NCBI GenBank assembly: GCA_965247095.1
Contig: OZ251997.1
Span: 2,400,001-2,464,000, forward strand
Source: Candidatus Multivorans sp.
Lineage (GTDB): Bacteria; Acidobacteriota; Thermoanaerobaculia; Multivoradales; Multivoraceae
DNA length: 64,000 nucleotides
Direction: 5' to 3'
The notes beneath the pieces are model-generated. The model was not told the origin of the DNA. It was given only the letters and a program-made list of their open reading frames with translations, and ran no database searches. Each line of letters begins with the position of its first letter. Within the stretch, counting starts at the first letter, position 1. Position numbers and translations under genes: made by a program. Below, piece by piece: positions 28,892 to 39,128 of this stretch.

Positions 28892-30484
28892 ATGAGTCTG
28901 TTCGCCTGGTCGTGGTTGTTTCTCATCCTCTACATCACCGGCATGCTCGCCTTCGGCTGGGTCGCGAGCCGGCGAATCAAGAATGCGGACGATTTCGCCA
29001 CCGCGCGCAGCAGCTACGGCCCCTACTTTCTGGCGCTGGCCTTTGCCGCAACGACCGCCAGCGGCGCCACCTTCCTCGGCAGTCCCGGCCTGGGCTACCA
29101 GTTCGGCATGGCCAGCGTCTGGGGCAAGTTCCTTTACCCGATGGGGGTCTACTTCGGGGTTCTCATCACGATCAGGATGGTCGCCAACTCGGGGCACAAG
29201 TTCGGCAACCGGTCGATCCCCGAGTACCTCGGCGACCGCTACCGGAGCGACGGCGTGCGTCTGCTCGTCTCCGTCTTCTCCCTGGTGCTGTTCTTCTACG
29301 TCGCCGGACAGCTCGTGTCGGGGCTGGTCATGTTCGAGACCATGCTCGGCCTCAAGCCGATGACGGCGCTGATCATCACGTCGGGCGTGCTGCTCGTCTA
29401 CGTCGTCCTCGGCGGCGCCCACGCGGACATCCTCACCGACGGCATCCAGGGCATGATGATGCTCGCGGTCGCGGTGGTCGTCATCGTGATGTTCCTGTTC
29501 GCTTCGGGGATGGACGGCGGCCTCGGGGGTTTGGTCGACAACCTCCGCGCCCAGGACGAGCACATGGTCGGACCGCTCAACCGGTCCAACTCCCTCTACG
29601 ACTCGTGGTGGGCGATCGCAGTCGTTCTCTTCGCCCACATCCCGCTCGGCATGCTGCCCCACATCGGCAACAAGGTGTGGGCGCTCAAGAACGACGGCGA
29701 CCGGATGCGTTTCGTCAAGCTCGCCTTCGCGGTCGGCCTGACGATGGGCATGATGGGCCTCGGCGGCATTCTCGCCCGCGGCGTTCTCGGGGGCGAGCTT
29801 CTGGCTGCCGGGCGCAACCCGAACGAGGCGCTACCGGCGCTGTTCATCGAACTGTTCCCGACTTGGCTGGCGGCCCTGATCGGGGTCGGGATCCTGGCCG
29901 CGATCATGTCGACGGCGGACGGGCTCGTCGTGTCGTCGTCCCAGATCGTCGCCAACGACATCTACCGCCGGTCGATCGTTCCGAAGTACAGGTCCCATCT
30001 GAGCGACGAAGAGGTCGATCGCAAGGTGCTGGGGATCAGCCGCTGGAGCACGGTGATCGTCCTGATCCTCTGCACCGGGATGGCCTGGGCGATGCAGGAC
30101 ATGAACATCGCACTGCTGGTATGGATCGGCACCGGCGGCATGATGGCCGCCTTCGCAGGCCCGCTGGTGGTCGGCGGGTTGTGGCGCGGCGTCACCCTCG
30201 CCGGCGCCTACACCGGCCTGGTGAGCGGCATGGCCACGTTCATCCTGCTGCGCAGCGGCGTGCCCTGGATGATCGTCGATCCGAGTTCGCTCGGGCCGCT
30301 GTCCGGGATTGCGGAGTGGCTGCACCACTACCGGGCTAACCCGTTTTCCTGCGCGGTGGTCGGCGAGGCGGTCTCGATCGCCAGCACGTGGGCAGTGTCC
30401 AAGCTGACCCAGCCACTGCCTGAAGACCACGTCGAAGGGTTATTCGCGGCGCCGTCGAAGATCGCCGAAACGGCGGGGGGATAG
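28892..30484 (+). CDS. Sodium:solute symporter family (PanF/PutP-like)
   Basis: ATTASGATFLG, SIPEYLGDRY, YVVLGGAHADILTDGIQG, LAAIMSTADG; ~13 TM. Confidence 0.92.
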   Translation: MSLFAWSWLFLILYITGMLAFGWVASRRIKNADDFATARSSYGPYFLALAFAATTASGATFLGSPGLGYQFGMASVWGKFLYPMGVYFGVLITIRMVANSGHKFGNRSIPEYLGDRYRSDGVRLLVSVFSLVLFFYVAGQLVSGLVMFETMLGLKPMTALIITSGVLLVYVVLGGAHADILTDGIQGMMMLAVAVVVIVMFLFASGMDGGLGGLVDNLRAQDEHMVGPLNRSNSLYDSWWAIAVVLFAHIPLGMLPHIGNKVWALKNDGDRMRFVKLAFAVGLTMGMMGLGGILARGVLGGELLAAGRNPNEALPALFIELFPTWLAALIGVGILAAIMSTADGLVVSSSQIVANDIYRRSIVPKYRSHLSDEEVDRKVLGISRWSTVIVLILCTGMAWAMQDMNIALLVWIGTGGMMAAFAGPLVVGGLWRGVTLAGAYTGLVSGMATFILLRSGVPWMIVDPSSLGPLSGIAEWLHHYRANPFSCAVVGEAVSIASTWAVSKLTQPLPEDHVEGLFAAPSKIAETAGG

Positions 30485-30497
30485 GGGCCCCAGCGGA

Positions 30498-30535
30498 CCG
30501 GCGCTTCGCGCCGGATGCGGGCGAGACGCCCGCGC
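30498..30535. repeat. REP-like palindrome (modules A+B)
   Basis: CCGGCGCTTCGCGCCGGATGCGGGCGAGACGCCCGCG, same core as the 8596 copy. Confidence 0.8.
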
Positions 30536-30576
30536 TAGACTCTCGCGAGAAGCTCGACACAAGCAGGAGGCAGGTC

Positions 30577-30870
30577 ATGCGTCGCCACCGAACGAATCGT
30601 CTCCGTAGCCGGTCGCTCCCGGCCCTGGCGCCGGCTGCCCTGGTGTTGCTTGCCTTCGCTCCTGCCGTCCTGATCGCTCAGGAAGCAGGTGGAGCGGACG
30701 TTCCCCGAGACCCAAACGGGCAGCCCGACACCGCGCGCCTGTTGATGAAGAAGAGCGGCGTCCCGATGTTCGAGTACGCCTGCCACGAAGGCAACTACGG
30801 CCTGTACAACATGCTCTCGGGCGCCCGCGCGAAAGAAGCCGAGACGGCCGCCGCGACCGGCGGCGAGTAG
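30577..30870 (+). pseudogene. EYACHEGNY-family gene with large in-frame internal deletion
   Basis: RBS, signal peptide and DVPRDPNGQPD joined almost directly to PMFEYACHEGNYGLYNMLSGARA; 97 aa versus ~360-385 aa in paralogues. Confidence 0.75.
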
Positions 30871-30902
30871 TTCGTTCCGGCCGGCGGGGACGACCCGGGG
30901 AC

Positions 30903-31109
30903 TCAGTCCCAGTCGGGAAGCGGCTGTGGGCCGGGCACCATCCCGGCGATGTCGGGATCCTCGCCCGACAGGTCGACGGGCGCCTCCTCGGCGGCCTCTT
31001 CCTTGTCCACCTTGCGCTGAGCGCGGCGCTCCAGCTTCTCCTGGCGCTTCTGGCGCTTGCGGATTTCCCGTTGACGCTTGGCAAATGTAGTTGGTCCGGG
31101 CCTAGCCAT
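30903..31109 (-). CDS. Small basic/acidic hypothetical protein
   Basis: MARPGPTTFAKRQREIRKRQKRQEKLERR...EDPDIAGMVPGPQP; RBS GAGGGGAG. Confidence 0.7.
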   Translation of the reverse strand: MARPGPTTFAKRQREIRKRQKRQEKLERRAQRKVDKEEAAEEAPVDLSGEDPDIAGMVPGPQPLPDWD

Positions 31110-31191
31110 GACGATCTCCCCTCCTCTGCCCAGACGCTCTCTCAGGGCCGGTCAACGAGTCTAGCAGGGACTCTTGACACGCCGTCCGCGG

Positions 31192-32820
31192 TCACGGCGA
31201 GTAGTAGGTCGGCGACCCGGGACCGACCGGCAGGCCCAGCGCGAACACCCAGATGTAGAAGAGCGACACCCAACCGATCAGGTAGGTGATCGAGTACGGG
31301 ATCATCGTCGCGATCAGGGTGCCGATCCCCAGCTTCCGGTCGTAGCGCATCGCCACCGCGAGGATCAGGCCGAAGTAGCTCATCATCGGCGTGATGATGT
31401 TCGTGCTCGAGTCGCCGATCCGGTACGCGGCCTGAATCACTTCCGGGCTGTAGCCGACGGTCATCAGCATCGGCACGAAGATCGGCGCCGTCACCGCCCA
31501 CTGCGCCGACGCGCTGCCGAGCATCAGGTTCACGACACAGCACATCAGGATGAACGGCAGGAACACGATCGGCCCGGTGAGGTCGAACCGGGTCAGCAGA
31601 TCGGCGCCGACGACCGCCGTGATCGTGCCCAGGTTGGTCCAGTTGAAGAACGAGACGAACTGAGCGGCGAAGAAGACGAGCACCAGGTACGGCCCGAGCG
31701 AACTCATGGACCGGCCCATGCCGTCGATCACGTCGCGATCGTTGCGCAGCGACCCGGTGACCCGGCCGTAGACGATCGACGGCACGATGAAGAAGACGAA
31801 GATCAGCGACACGACGCTGCGCAGCATCGGCCGCAGATCGTCGATCAACAGCGGATTTTGCGCCGGATCGCGGAACCACCCGTTCTCCGGCAGGGCGAGC
31901 AGCGCCAGTCCGCCGAGCATCGCGAGCAGGGTGACGCCGGCCAGCTTCAGCCCGCGCTTCTCTTCCTTCGACAGCGTCTTCAGACCCTCTTCCGGGTCCT
32001 CCAGGTCGTCCGCCGCCCGGCTCGGATCGAAGGCGCCGAGTTTCGGCTCCACGATCCGGGTCGTCACCAGGGTGCCGATCGCCGTGATCATGAAGGTGCT
32101 CACGAACATGAACAGGTAGTTCGCGGTCGCCTGGACCTCGTTCGCGCCCCCCGGCGCGTACGAAGGATCGATCAGACGCGCGGCTTCCGTCGTGATCCCG
32201 GCCAGCAGCGGGTCCACGGTGCCGATCAGAATGTTCGCTGAGTACCCCCCCGAAACACCGGCAAACGCGGCCGCCAGTCCGACCAGCGGATTGCGGCCGA
32301 CGGCACGGAACACCACCGCCGCCAGCGGTATCAGCACCACGTAGCCCATCTCGGAGGCGGTGTTCGAGACCACCGAGGCGAACACGACGACCGCGGTCAG
32401 CAGGTTGCGGGGCGCCCCGAGAACCAGCGCCCGAAGCACGGCGCCCAGCAACCCGGACCGCTCCGCGACGCCGACACCCAGGAGAGCGACCAGAACCGTC
32501 CCCAGGGGCGCGAAGCCGGTGAAGTTCGTCACCAGGTTCATCGCGATGCGCCGCATCCCCTCCGGGTTCAGCAGGCTGATGGCGCGGATGAGGCCGTCCT
32601 CGGCGCGGCCGGACGCGCCGGCGGGCCGCGGGTCGACGACCTGCACGTCGAACAGCGACGCCATCCCCGACACCAGGAGCACGATCACGGACAGCGCCGC
32701 GAACAGGGTCACCGGATGCGGCAGCAGGTTGCCGAGGAACTCGACAACGTTCAGGAAACGGTTGAACGGACCCTGCCGCTTCCCCCGGCGCCGCTTCTGC
32801 CGTTCGCTGGCCTCAGCCAC
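31192..32820 (-). CDS. abgT: AbgT family transporter
   Basis: GNLLPHPVTLF, NFTGFAPLG, AGVSGGYSAN, YRIGDSSTNIITPMMSYF; start approximate. Confidence 0.92.
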   Translation of the reverse strand: MAEASERQKRRRGKRQGPFNRFLNVVEFLGNLLPHPVTLFAALSVIVLLVSGMASLFDVQVVDPRPAGASGRAEDGLIRAISLLNPEGMRRIAMNLVTNFTGFAPLGTVLVALLGVGVAERSGLLGAVLRALVLGAPRNLLTAVVVFASVVSNTASEMGYVVLIPLAAVVFRAVGRNPLVGLAAAFAGVSGGYSANILIGTVDPLLAGITTEAARLIDPSYAPGGANEVQATANYLFMFVSTFMITAIGTLVTTRIVEPKLGAFDPSRAADDLEDPEEGLKTLSKEEKRGLKLAGVTLLAMLGGLALLALPENGWFRDPAQNPLLIDDLRPMLRSVVSLIFVFFIVPSIVYGRVTGSLRNDRDVIDGMGRSMSSLGPYLVLVFFAAQFVSFFNWTNLGTITAVVGADLLTRFDLTGPIVFLPFILMCCVVNLMLGSASAQWAVTAPIFVPMLMTVGYSPEVIQAAYRIGDSSTNIITPMMSYFGLILAVAMRYDRKLGIGTLIATMIPYSITYLIGWVSLFYIWVFALGLPVGPGSPTYYSP

Positions 32821-32860
32821 CGCGGAACAGTAACCCACGGCAAAGGCCGCTGCGGGATCC

Positions 32861-34525
32861 CTAGCCCCGGCGGATCACCGACGTGTGGTACGGCTCGAGC
32901 TCGTCGATCGCCGACTCGGGCTCGCCCGTCTTCCAGGCGAAGAGTCGCACCGTGATCTCGGACGGCGACACGTCGAAGAGCGCGAAGCCGTTCTTCTCGA
33001 ACGTCTCGCCGCGAACATCGTGAACGAGCCCGGTGGCAGCCAGGGGCGGCGTGCCGCGCGCCGCCGAGGGCCAGCCGCCCTGGGTGCCTACCGGACCGGT
33101 GAGCACGGCGTGGACCGGATTCCCGGACAGGTCGAGGTCGCCGCTCCGCACGAGTGCCGAATGGCCGATCGCGTGCAGGTCGCCCGAGAGCACGACGCCC
33201 GGCCGCTTCGACTGCGACGTCAACGACTCGAGCAGCCGCTGATGCTGGCGCCACCAGCCGCCCTGCCAGAAGTACTTCTCGCGCTCCGTGGTCAGCCGGA
33301 AGTTGCTGCCGGCGAAGTCGCCGATCCGTGACACGGTGGCGCCGCCGTCGTCGAGGTCGGCCACGTCCGGGTACCACTCGCGCCACTTTCCCGCCGACCA
33401 GCCGAACGGGTGCGACGGGACGTGCAACAACTGCGCCACGCCCTGGTCGCGGGTGCGCTGGTGCAGCCAGTGCTCGGCCTCCGGCGGCACAAGGCCAGCG
33501 TGGACGCCCTTGAGCGAGAGGTAGCGCGCGCAGTCATAGATCAGGACTTCGGCGAGTTGCCCGTAGCGGAACGTGCCGAAGGCCTCCGAGATGCCGGGCG
33601 CCCGGTCGCCGGCGCCGGCGCCGGACATGACCGTGGGCCGCTCACTGTCGGGCAGGAACTCCGGCAGGTAGGCGTTGCGGGTGAAGCGCGCGAACTCCAA
33701 CTGGTAGCGGTCCGGCGGCAGGGTGATCATCTGCGGGTCGGCGTCGTCGTTCTCGTAGTAGTCGTGGTCGTCACTGACGAAGTAGGACGGCACAGACCGC
33801 AGCATGACGCCGTAGAGATCCGCGATCTGCGGCCCGGCGGCCGCCTTCAGCGACATCTCGTTCGGGGTGCCGAGGGCCGGCTGGCTCAGGTCCAGCCAAC
33901 CGATCCGCTCGTAGAACTCACGGGCCTGACGGCCCCGCTCCTCGCCGCGGTTGTCGAGCAGCGTACGCTGATCCCAGTAGATGTGGTCGCCGATCGCGAT
34001 CAACGCCCGCGGCCGGAACGAGAGCGCCCGGCGCAGCAGCCGGCGGCGGACCGCCAGGGGCAGAAAGTGGGGCCGGTCGCCGCCCGCTTCCGGGTGGCCG
34101 CCGGCGCAGGTGTAGGCCAGAAACCGGACCGACTCGGGGTTCGCCGAGGGCAGCGGAAAGGTGCGCAGGGGCCACGGGTCGCACAGCGCCTCGCCGCCGC
34201 CTAGAAGCTGCAGGCTGTACTCGACATCCGGCTCCAGACCCGTGGTGTCGAAGGAGAAGAAGCGGCGCTCGGAGTCCGTACTGCGGCCCGCAACCAGGCG
34301 GCGGCCGATCCGCAGCACCGGAACGTAGTCGAGCGGCGCCGCGAACGAGCACTTGAGCGCCACGCGATCGTGGCTCGCGGCCGGGATCAGGTGCTGGAGC
34401 GATCCGGCGCGCCAGCCGTCCTGAGCGTCAGCGGGCGAGCGGCCGAGCCCGGTGCCTGCGGCCGCCGCGGCGGCCGTGGCGATGAAGCGTCTGCGGGTCC
34501 AAGCGTTTCCAACAGTAGACGTCAT
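32861..34525 (-). CDS. Tat-exported PhoD-like metallophosphoesterase
   Basis: TRRRFI Tat motif; IGDHIYWD, DDHDYYEND, LSGDLH. Confidence 0.75.
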   Translation of the reverse strand: MTSTVGNAWTRRRFIATAAAAAAGTGLGRSPADAQDGWRAGSLQHLIPAASHDRVALKCSFAAPLDYVPVLRIGRRLVAGRSTDSERRFFSFDTTGLEPDVEYSLQLLGGGEALCDPWPLRTFPLPSANPESVRFLAYTCAGGHPEAGGDRPHFLPLAVRRRLLRRALSFRPRALIAIGDHIYWDQRTLLDNRGEERGRQAREFYERIGWLDLSQPALGTPNEMSLKAAAGPQIADLYGVMLRSVPSYFVSDDHDYYENDDADPQMITLPPDRYQLEFARFTRNAYLPEFLPDSERPTVMSGAGAGDRAPGISEAFGTFRYGQLAEVLIYDCARYLSLKGVHAGLVPPEAEHWLHQRTRDQGVAQLLHVPSHPFGWSAGKWREWYPDVADLDDGGATVSRIGDFAGSNFRLTTEREKYFWQGGWWRQHQRLLESLTSQSKRPGVVLSGDLHAIGHSALVRSGDLDLSGNPVHAVLTGPVGTQGGWPSAARGTPPLAATGLVHDVRGETFEKNGFALFDVSPSEITVRLFAWKTGEPESAIDELEPYHTSVIRRG

Positions 34526-35208
34526 GGTCGAGTCCCCTCCAGGAAGGTGCGAAGCCGCTCGCGGTCAAGGTCGGTGAGCGGCAGGAATCGCGGCTGGTTA
34601 CGGCTGCGCGCTGACGAAGTGTCGCACGGCTGACACATCAGAACGCCCGGCTCACGAATGTGCTTCAAGCCGAGAACATGCCCAAGCTCGTGAGCGATCA
34701 CGTTCCGGGTCACGTCTTCGCGTTCGTCACCTGACGGCACGGCGACGAAGTAACGCCGGTCATCCCCATACGGCCAGGCGAAGGGCATGAGATTCTGCGC
34801 CGACAGCAGCACGACGACATCCGCATCGAGGCCGACGAGCGCGGGCGGCGGCGCCGGGCCGGGATCCGACGAGTGCAGGCGGCCGGCGAGTTGCGAGAGT
34901 TGGTGCGCGTAGTTCTCGAAGGGCCGCAGGCCTTCCAGGGGAGACACCAGCAGCGGATCGGCAAACGCGGAAACGAATCCCACATCCGAGGCGGCGCGGT
35001 TCCAGAACGCCGCCGCGTCGCCCACCATGGAGATGCGATCGTCTTTCGGGTCGGCGACCAGAACGGCGATGCGACCGGGTTTGCCGGCAGCCGAGTCCGA
35101 AGCGGCGGCAACTGGCACAATGGCCGGCGCCATGACGAGGACCGCGGCACATCCCGCCGCCGCAGCGGGGAATGAACCCAGCCGCAACCCGAAGGAGAAG
35201 ATCCTCAT
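34522..35208 (-). CDS. Matrixin/zincin metallopeptidase
   Basis: AHELGHVLGLKH (HExxHxxGxxH) and Met-turn LM; start uncertain, may be ~35133. Confidence 0.78.
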   Translation of the reverse strand: MRIFSFGLRLGSFPAAAAGCAAVLVMAPAIVPVAAASDSAAGKPGRIAVLVADPKDDRISMVGDAAAFWNRAASDVGFVSAFADPLLVSPLEGLRPFENYAHQLSQLAGRLHSSDPGPAPPPALVGLDADVVVLLSAQNLMPFAWPYGDDRRYFVAVPSGDEREDVTRNVIAHELGHVLGLKHIREPGVLMCQPCDTSSARSRNQPRFLPLTDLDRERLRTFLEGTRP

Positions 35209-37120
35209 GAGCCAGGTTCGATCGGTCATCCGTCTACTCGCCGTTTCCCTCTCCCTCGGCCTGATCGGGTCGTCTCTCACCGCCCAGATCCACCGCACAC
35301 CGGACACGGTGCGCCGGGCCGACCTCGACCGCAAGGCGGAGATCGACCGGATGGTCATGGTACCGATGCGCGACGGCGTACGCCTCGCCACCGAAATCTA
35401 CCGGCCTCGCGACGCCCAGGGGCCGGTGCCCGCGGTCTTCTGGCGCACGCCCTACAACTTCAGCCCCCTGCCGGGCCCGAACCTGGAACGTCCTAGCGCG
35501 CTGCTCAAATTCGGTCTCGACGCGATCGAGCGCGGCTATGCCTTCGTGGTCCAGAACGAGCGCGGCAAGTTCTTCTCCGAGGGCGACTGGGAGATCCTCG
35601 GCCGGCCGCGGGCCGACGGCTACGACGCGCTGACCTGGATCACCGACCAGTCGTGGTCGAACGGCAAGGTCGCGACGCTCGGCTGCTCGTCGACCGCGGA
35701 GTGGCAGATGGGGCTGGCGGCGATGCGGCATCCCGGCCACGCGGCCGCGGTACCCATGGGCCAGGGCGCGGGCATCGGCCGCATGGGGCCGTTCTACGAG
35801 CAGGGGAACTTCTACCGGGGCGGCGCCCTCCAGCTTCCGATGGCGGTCTGGCTCTACGGCGAGCAGAACACCCTCCGGCCGACCTTCCCGCCCGGCACCA
35901 GCCGGGAGGACCTGGCCCGGCTCGCGACCTACTTCGACCTGGCCGCAAAGATGCCGGCCGTCGACTGGCAGCAGGCGCTCCGGCACTTACCCGTCCAGGC
36001 CCTGATGGAGTCCGTCGGTGGGCCGAAGGGGATCTTCGGCGAGTTCGCCGCCCGCATGCCGGATGACCCGGCCTGGTACGAGGGCGGTCTCTACCACGAC
36101 GACGAGCCCTTCGGCGTGCCGGCCCTGTGGGCGAACTCCTGGTACGACCTCTCCGTGTCGCCGAACCTGGCCCTCTACGGCCACGTGCGCCGGAACGCCG
36201 ACCCGGAGGTCCGCGATCATCAGTACATGGTCGTGGCGCCCAGCCTGCACTGCAACATGTACCGCCTCACGGATCCCCTGATCGTCGGCGAGCGGAACTT
36301 CGGCGACACGGACTTTCAGCTAGACGAGATGCTGTGGGCCTTCCTCGACCGCTTCACCAAGCCCGAGGCGAACGGCTTCGAGAACCGGTACGCCAAGGTC
36401 CGCTACTTCCTGATGGGCGAGGACCGCTGGCAGAACGCCGCCGACTGGCCGCCTGCCGGAGTCGAGCCGATGACCCTGTATCTCACAAGCGACGGCGGGG
36501 CGAACAGCGCCGCCGGCAACGGCACGTTGACCGCCGACGCCGGAGCGAGCGGCGCCGGCGCCGACCGTTTCGTCTACGACCCGGGCTCGCCGGTGCCAAC
36601 CCACGGCGGCGCCTTCTGCTGCATGGGCGATTACGAACCCGGCGCCTTCGATCAGCGCGGCGTCGAGGCCCGCTCCGACGTGCTCGTCTACACCACCGAG
36701 CCGTTCGACGAGCCGCTGGCCGTGGTCGGACCGGTCGAGGTGATCCTGCACGTGTCCTCCGACGCGCCCGACACCGACTTCACCGTCAAGCTCGCCCATG
36801 TCCACCCCGATGGCCGCGCCGTCAACCTGGACGACACGATCCTGCGCATGCGGTACCGGGACGGCTTCGACCGGCACGTCGGCATGGAATCGGGCACGGT
36901 CTACGAGGTGACACTCGGCCCACTCGCGACCGCGAACGTGTTCGGCGCCGGCCACCGGCTGCGGATCGAGATCTCGAGCAGCAACTTCCCCCGCTACGAC
37001 CGCAACCTGAACACCGGCGGCGACAACTACGACGAGACCGAGTGGCGGGTGGCGAACAACGCGGTCCACCACTCGGCGGAGCATCCGTCACGGATCGTCC
37101 TGCCGGTGCTGGAACAGTGA
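35207..37120 (+). CDS. CocE/NonD family hydrolase
   Basis: MVPMRDGVRLATEIYRP, RTPY, ERGKFFSEG, GCSSTA, ISSSNFPRYDRNLNTG; signal peptide; RBS AAGGAG. Confidence 0.92.
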   Translation: MSQVRSVIRLLAVSLSLGLIGSSLTAQIHRTPDTVRRADLDRKAEIDRMVMVPMRDGVRLATEIYRPRDAQGPVPAVFWRTPYNFSPLPGPNLERPSALLKFGLDAIERGYAFVVQNERGKFFSEGDWEILGRPRADGYDALTWITDQSWSNGKVATLGCSSTAEWQMGLAAMRHPGHAAAVPMGQGAGIGRMGPFYEQGNFYRGGALQLPMAVWLYGEQNTLRPTFPPGTSREDLARLATYFDLAAKMPAVDWQQALRHLPVQALMESVGGPKGIFGEFAARMPDDPAWYEGGLYHDDEPFGVPALWANSWYDLSVSPNLALYGHVRRNADPEVRDHQYMVVAPSLHCNMYRLTDPLIVGERNFGDTDFQLDEMLWAFLDRFTKPEANGFENRYAKVRYFLMGEDRWQNAADWPPAGVEPMTLYLTSDGGANSAAGNGTLTADAGASGAGADRFVYDPGSPVPTHGGAFCCMGDYEPGAFDQRGVEARSDVLVYTTEPFDEPLAVVGPVEVILHVSSDAPDTDFTVKLAHVHPDGRAVNLDDTILRMRYRDGFDRHVGMESGTVYEVTLGPLATANVFGAGHRLRIEISSSNFPRYDRNLNTGGDNYDETEWRVANNAVHHSAEHPSRIVLPVLEQ

Positions 37121-37151
37121 GTCGGCCGGATCCGGATGCCCGAGCCGATGA

Positions 37152-38240
37152 CTACTCCCCGCCGGTAGCGGCGGCGGTCGCGTCGGCCTCCAGCAGCCGG
37201 GCGCCGCGCATCACGTTGCCCAGCGCGTAGTTGCCCTCGTGGCACGCGTACTCGAAGACCTTGTTCGAGGTCCCCTTCCACACGTACTCGCCGCTCCAGG
37301 CCGTCTCCCACACGATCGGGTCCTCGACGGTGAAACCGTAGAGCAGGTCGCCGTTCGGCAGGCGCTGGAAGCGCTCTACGACATGCAGGTCCTTCGTCGC
37401 CGCGCCCAGGGCGGGGTCGTCGCCGAAGTTCGCCGTGTCGACGACCAGGGTGTCGCCTTCCCACCAGCCGATCGAATCGCCCAGCCATCGGCGCTCATCG
37501 GCCGGCGCGTGCTCGCCGCCGATGCGTACGACGCGGGCGTCGTGGACCATTTCGATCAGGATCATCACGTGGTTCTCGGTCTGCACGATCCGCTTGTGGT
37601 TGTTGTAGAGCGCCGGCAGCATCGGCGGCCCGCCCGTGGAGCTGAAGCCCACCAGGCAGCGCTCGGCCAGGGGCCGCTGTTCCATGTTGTCGTAGGGGCC
37701 CGCACCGTCCGCATGCTCCTCGAGCCACCAGGCGGTGCCGGTGTTCTTGTGACCAAACGCCGCAAACTGCGCGGCGCGCCGCTTCATGCCCGCATCCGTC
37801 ATCTCCGGATACTGGCCGTTCGGCGGATCGGTCACAATCGAGGTACGCCACTTGCCGTCGATCCGGATCACGTTGTCGCCCGGGTCCATGTAGAAGGCGT
37901 TGTAGCCGCCGCTGCCGCCGGAGGCGCCCTCGAGACCCGGATCGAAGATCGGCGCACCTCCCACCGGCGGCGCTTCACGGTTGGGATCGCTGGCCTTGAA
38001 GTCCGCCTCGTAGATCTCCGCCTTGCGGCGGGCAATCGCGGCCGCTTCGTCGTCGGTCAGCGTCAGGCGATCACCGAATTCACGCGGCCTCGTGAGGGGA
38101 GTCAGCGTGGCCACGTTGTACGCGCCGGCAAGATCCGGCTTGCCGTCGGCCCGCCGCGGAACCTCGTCCTGCGCCGCGACAACGGCCGGAGCCATCAAGA
38201 GGGCCGCCAGGCCCAGGAGAATGAACCGTTCGAACTTCAC
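37152..38240 (-). CDS. Secreted hypothetical protein, EYACHEGNY family (paralogue 3)
   Basis: GTG start with RBS GAGGAGG; PRRADGKPDLAG, AERC, PALYNN, WLGDSIGWWEGDTLVV, FEYACHEGNY. Confidence 0.85.
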   Translation of the reverse strand: MKFERFILLGLAALLMAPAVVAAQDEVPRRADGKPDLAGAYNVATLTPLTRPREFGDRLTLTDDEAAAIARRKAEIYEADFKASDPNREAPPVGGAPIFDPGLEGASGGSGGYNAFYMDPGDNVIRIDGKWRTSIVTDPPNGQYPEMTDAGMKRRAAQFAAFGHKNTGTAWWLEEHADGAGPYDNMEQRPLAERCLVGFSSTGGPPMLPALYNNHKRIVQTENHVMILIEMVHDARVVRIGGEHAPADERRWLGDSIGWWEGDTLVVDTANFGDDPALGAATKDLHVVERFQRLPNGDLLYGFTVEDPIVWETAWSGEYVWKGTSNKVFEYACHEGNYALGNVMRGARLLEADATAAATGGE

Positions 38241-38311
38241 TCCGCCACCTCCTCGATCATCGATCTCTGGGTACAGGGCCAACGCTACCACTGCGTCCCA
38301 GAGCAACGGTC

Positions 38312-38767
38312 TCATTCGAGGTCGGAGTTCAAGTCTCGAACCACGTCCTGGCCGGCGAGACCGACGTGCGGCGCCGCCGCCAGGAGGCGCCGATCACTAC
38401 TGAAGATCTCCTGGAATCCATGCTCCCGCGCGGAGATCAGATGCACTGCATCTCCGGTTCGCAGGAACACGTCCGAAGGAAGGCGCCTGAACAGATCGAC
38501 CACAGCCGTCATGACCGCCAGGGAGAGAGGAATCCAATGCCAGAGTCCTGTCGCCTCGTCGAGGCCCAATTGTCTCTGGACGGCCTCGAGCTGCTCGAGG
38601 GTGAGCTCGCCCTCGCGGAGTTTTCGATGGAGCGCGGCGTGGAGTTCAAGACGTCCATACACCGAACAGGAAATGCGTCCCCGCTCCGCAGCCAACGCCC
38701 GCACTCTCTGCCACCCCTCCTCCTTCACGTAGCACTTGAGCAAGTACGCCGTGTCGAAGTAGGCCAC
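38312..38767 (-). CDS. vapC: VapC PIN-domain toxin
   Basis: YFDTAYLLKCY..E, LRTGDAVHL, SSDRRL. Confidence 0.88.
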   Translation of the reverse strand: MAYFDTAYLLKCYVKEEGWQRVRALAAERGRISCSVYGRLELHAALHRKLREGELTLEQLEAVQRQLGLDEATGLWHWIPLSLAVMTAVVDLFRRLPSDVFLRTGDAVHLISAREHGFQEIFSSDRRLLAAAPHVGLAGQDVVRDLNSDLE

Positions 38768-38770
38768 CAG

Positions 38771-39010
38771 CTAGCGGTCCCGGTCGTCGGACACCGCGAC
38801 CGTGGAGTCACCTTCGATCTCGGGGAGTGCTTCGAACTCGGGAAGCAATTGACGCTCGCTAAACAGCGTCTCGACCGCTCCGTCGCGGAAGGGAATGAGC
38901 GAGGCGACTGGCCGGCCGCGCTCGGTCACCACGATGCCCCTGCCCTGCGCTGCCCGCCGCACCCATTCGCCTGTCTTCAGGTGCAACTCACGTATGCCGA
39001 TGTGCTCCAT
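38771..39010 (-). CDS. Phd/YefM family antitoxin
   Basis: MEHIGIRELHLKTGEWVRRA..G..IVVTERGRPVASLIP. Confidence 0.88.
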   Translation of the reverse strand: MEHIGIRELHLKTGEWVRRAAQGRGIVVTERGRPVASLIPFRDGAVETLFSERQLLPEFEALPEIEGDSTVAVSDDRDR

Positions 39011-39030
39011 GTGCACAAATGTGACACATG
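39008..39030. promoter_or_regulatory. Probable TA autoregulatory operator
   Basis: Imperfect palindrome CATGTGCACAAATGTGACACATG overlapping the antitoxin start. Confidence 0.5.
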
Positions 39031-39128
39031 CCGGCGCCAACCGTCAACCTGCCACTCAGCGGCGCCGGTTTCGTCGCATCAAAACTCGGCCGCGGGGAAC
39101 CATGTGCGGCCACGGGCTGGGGCCGCGC

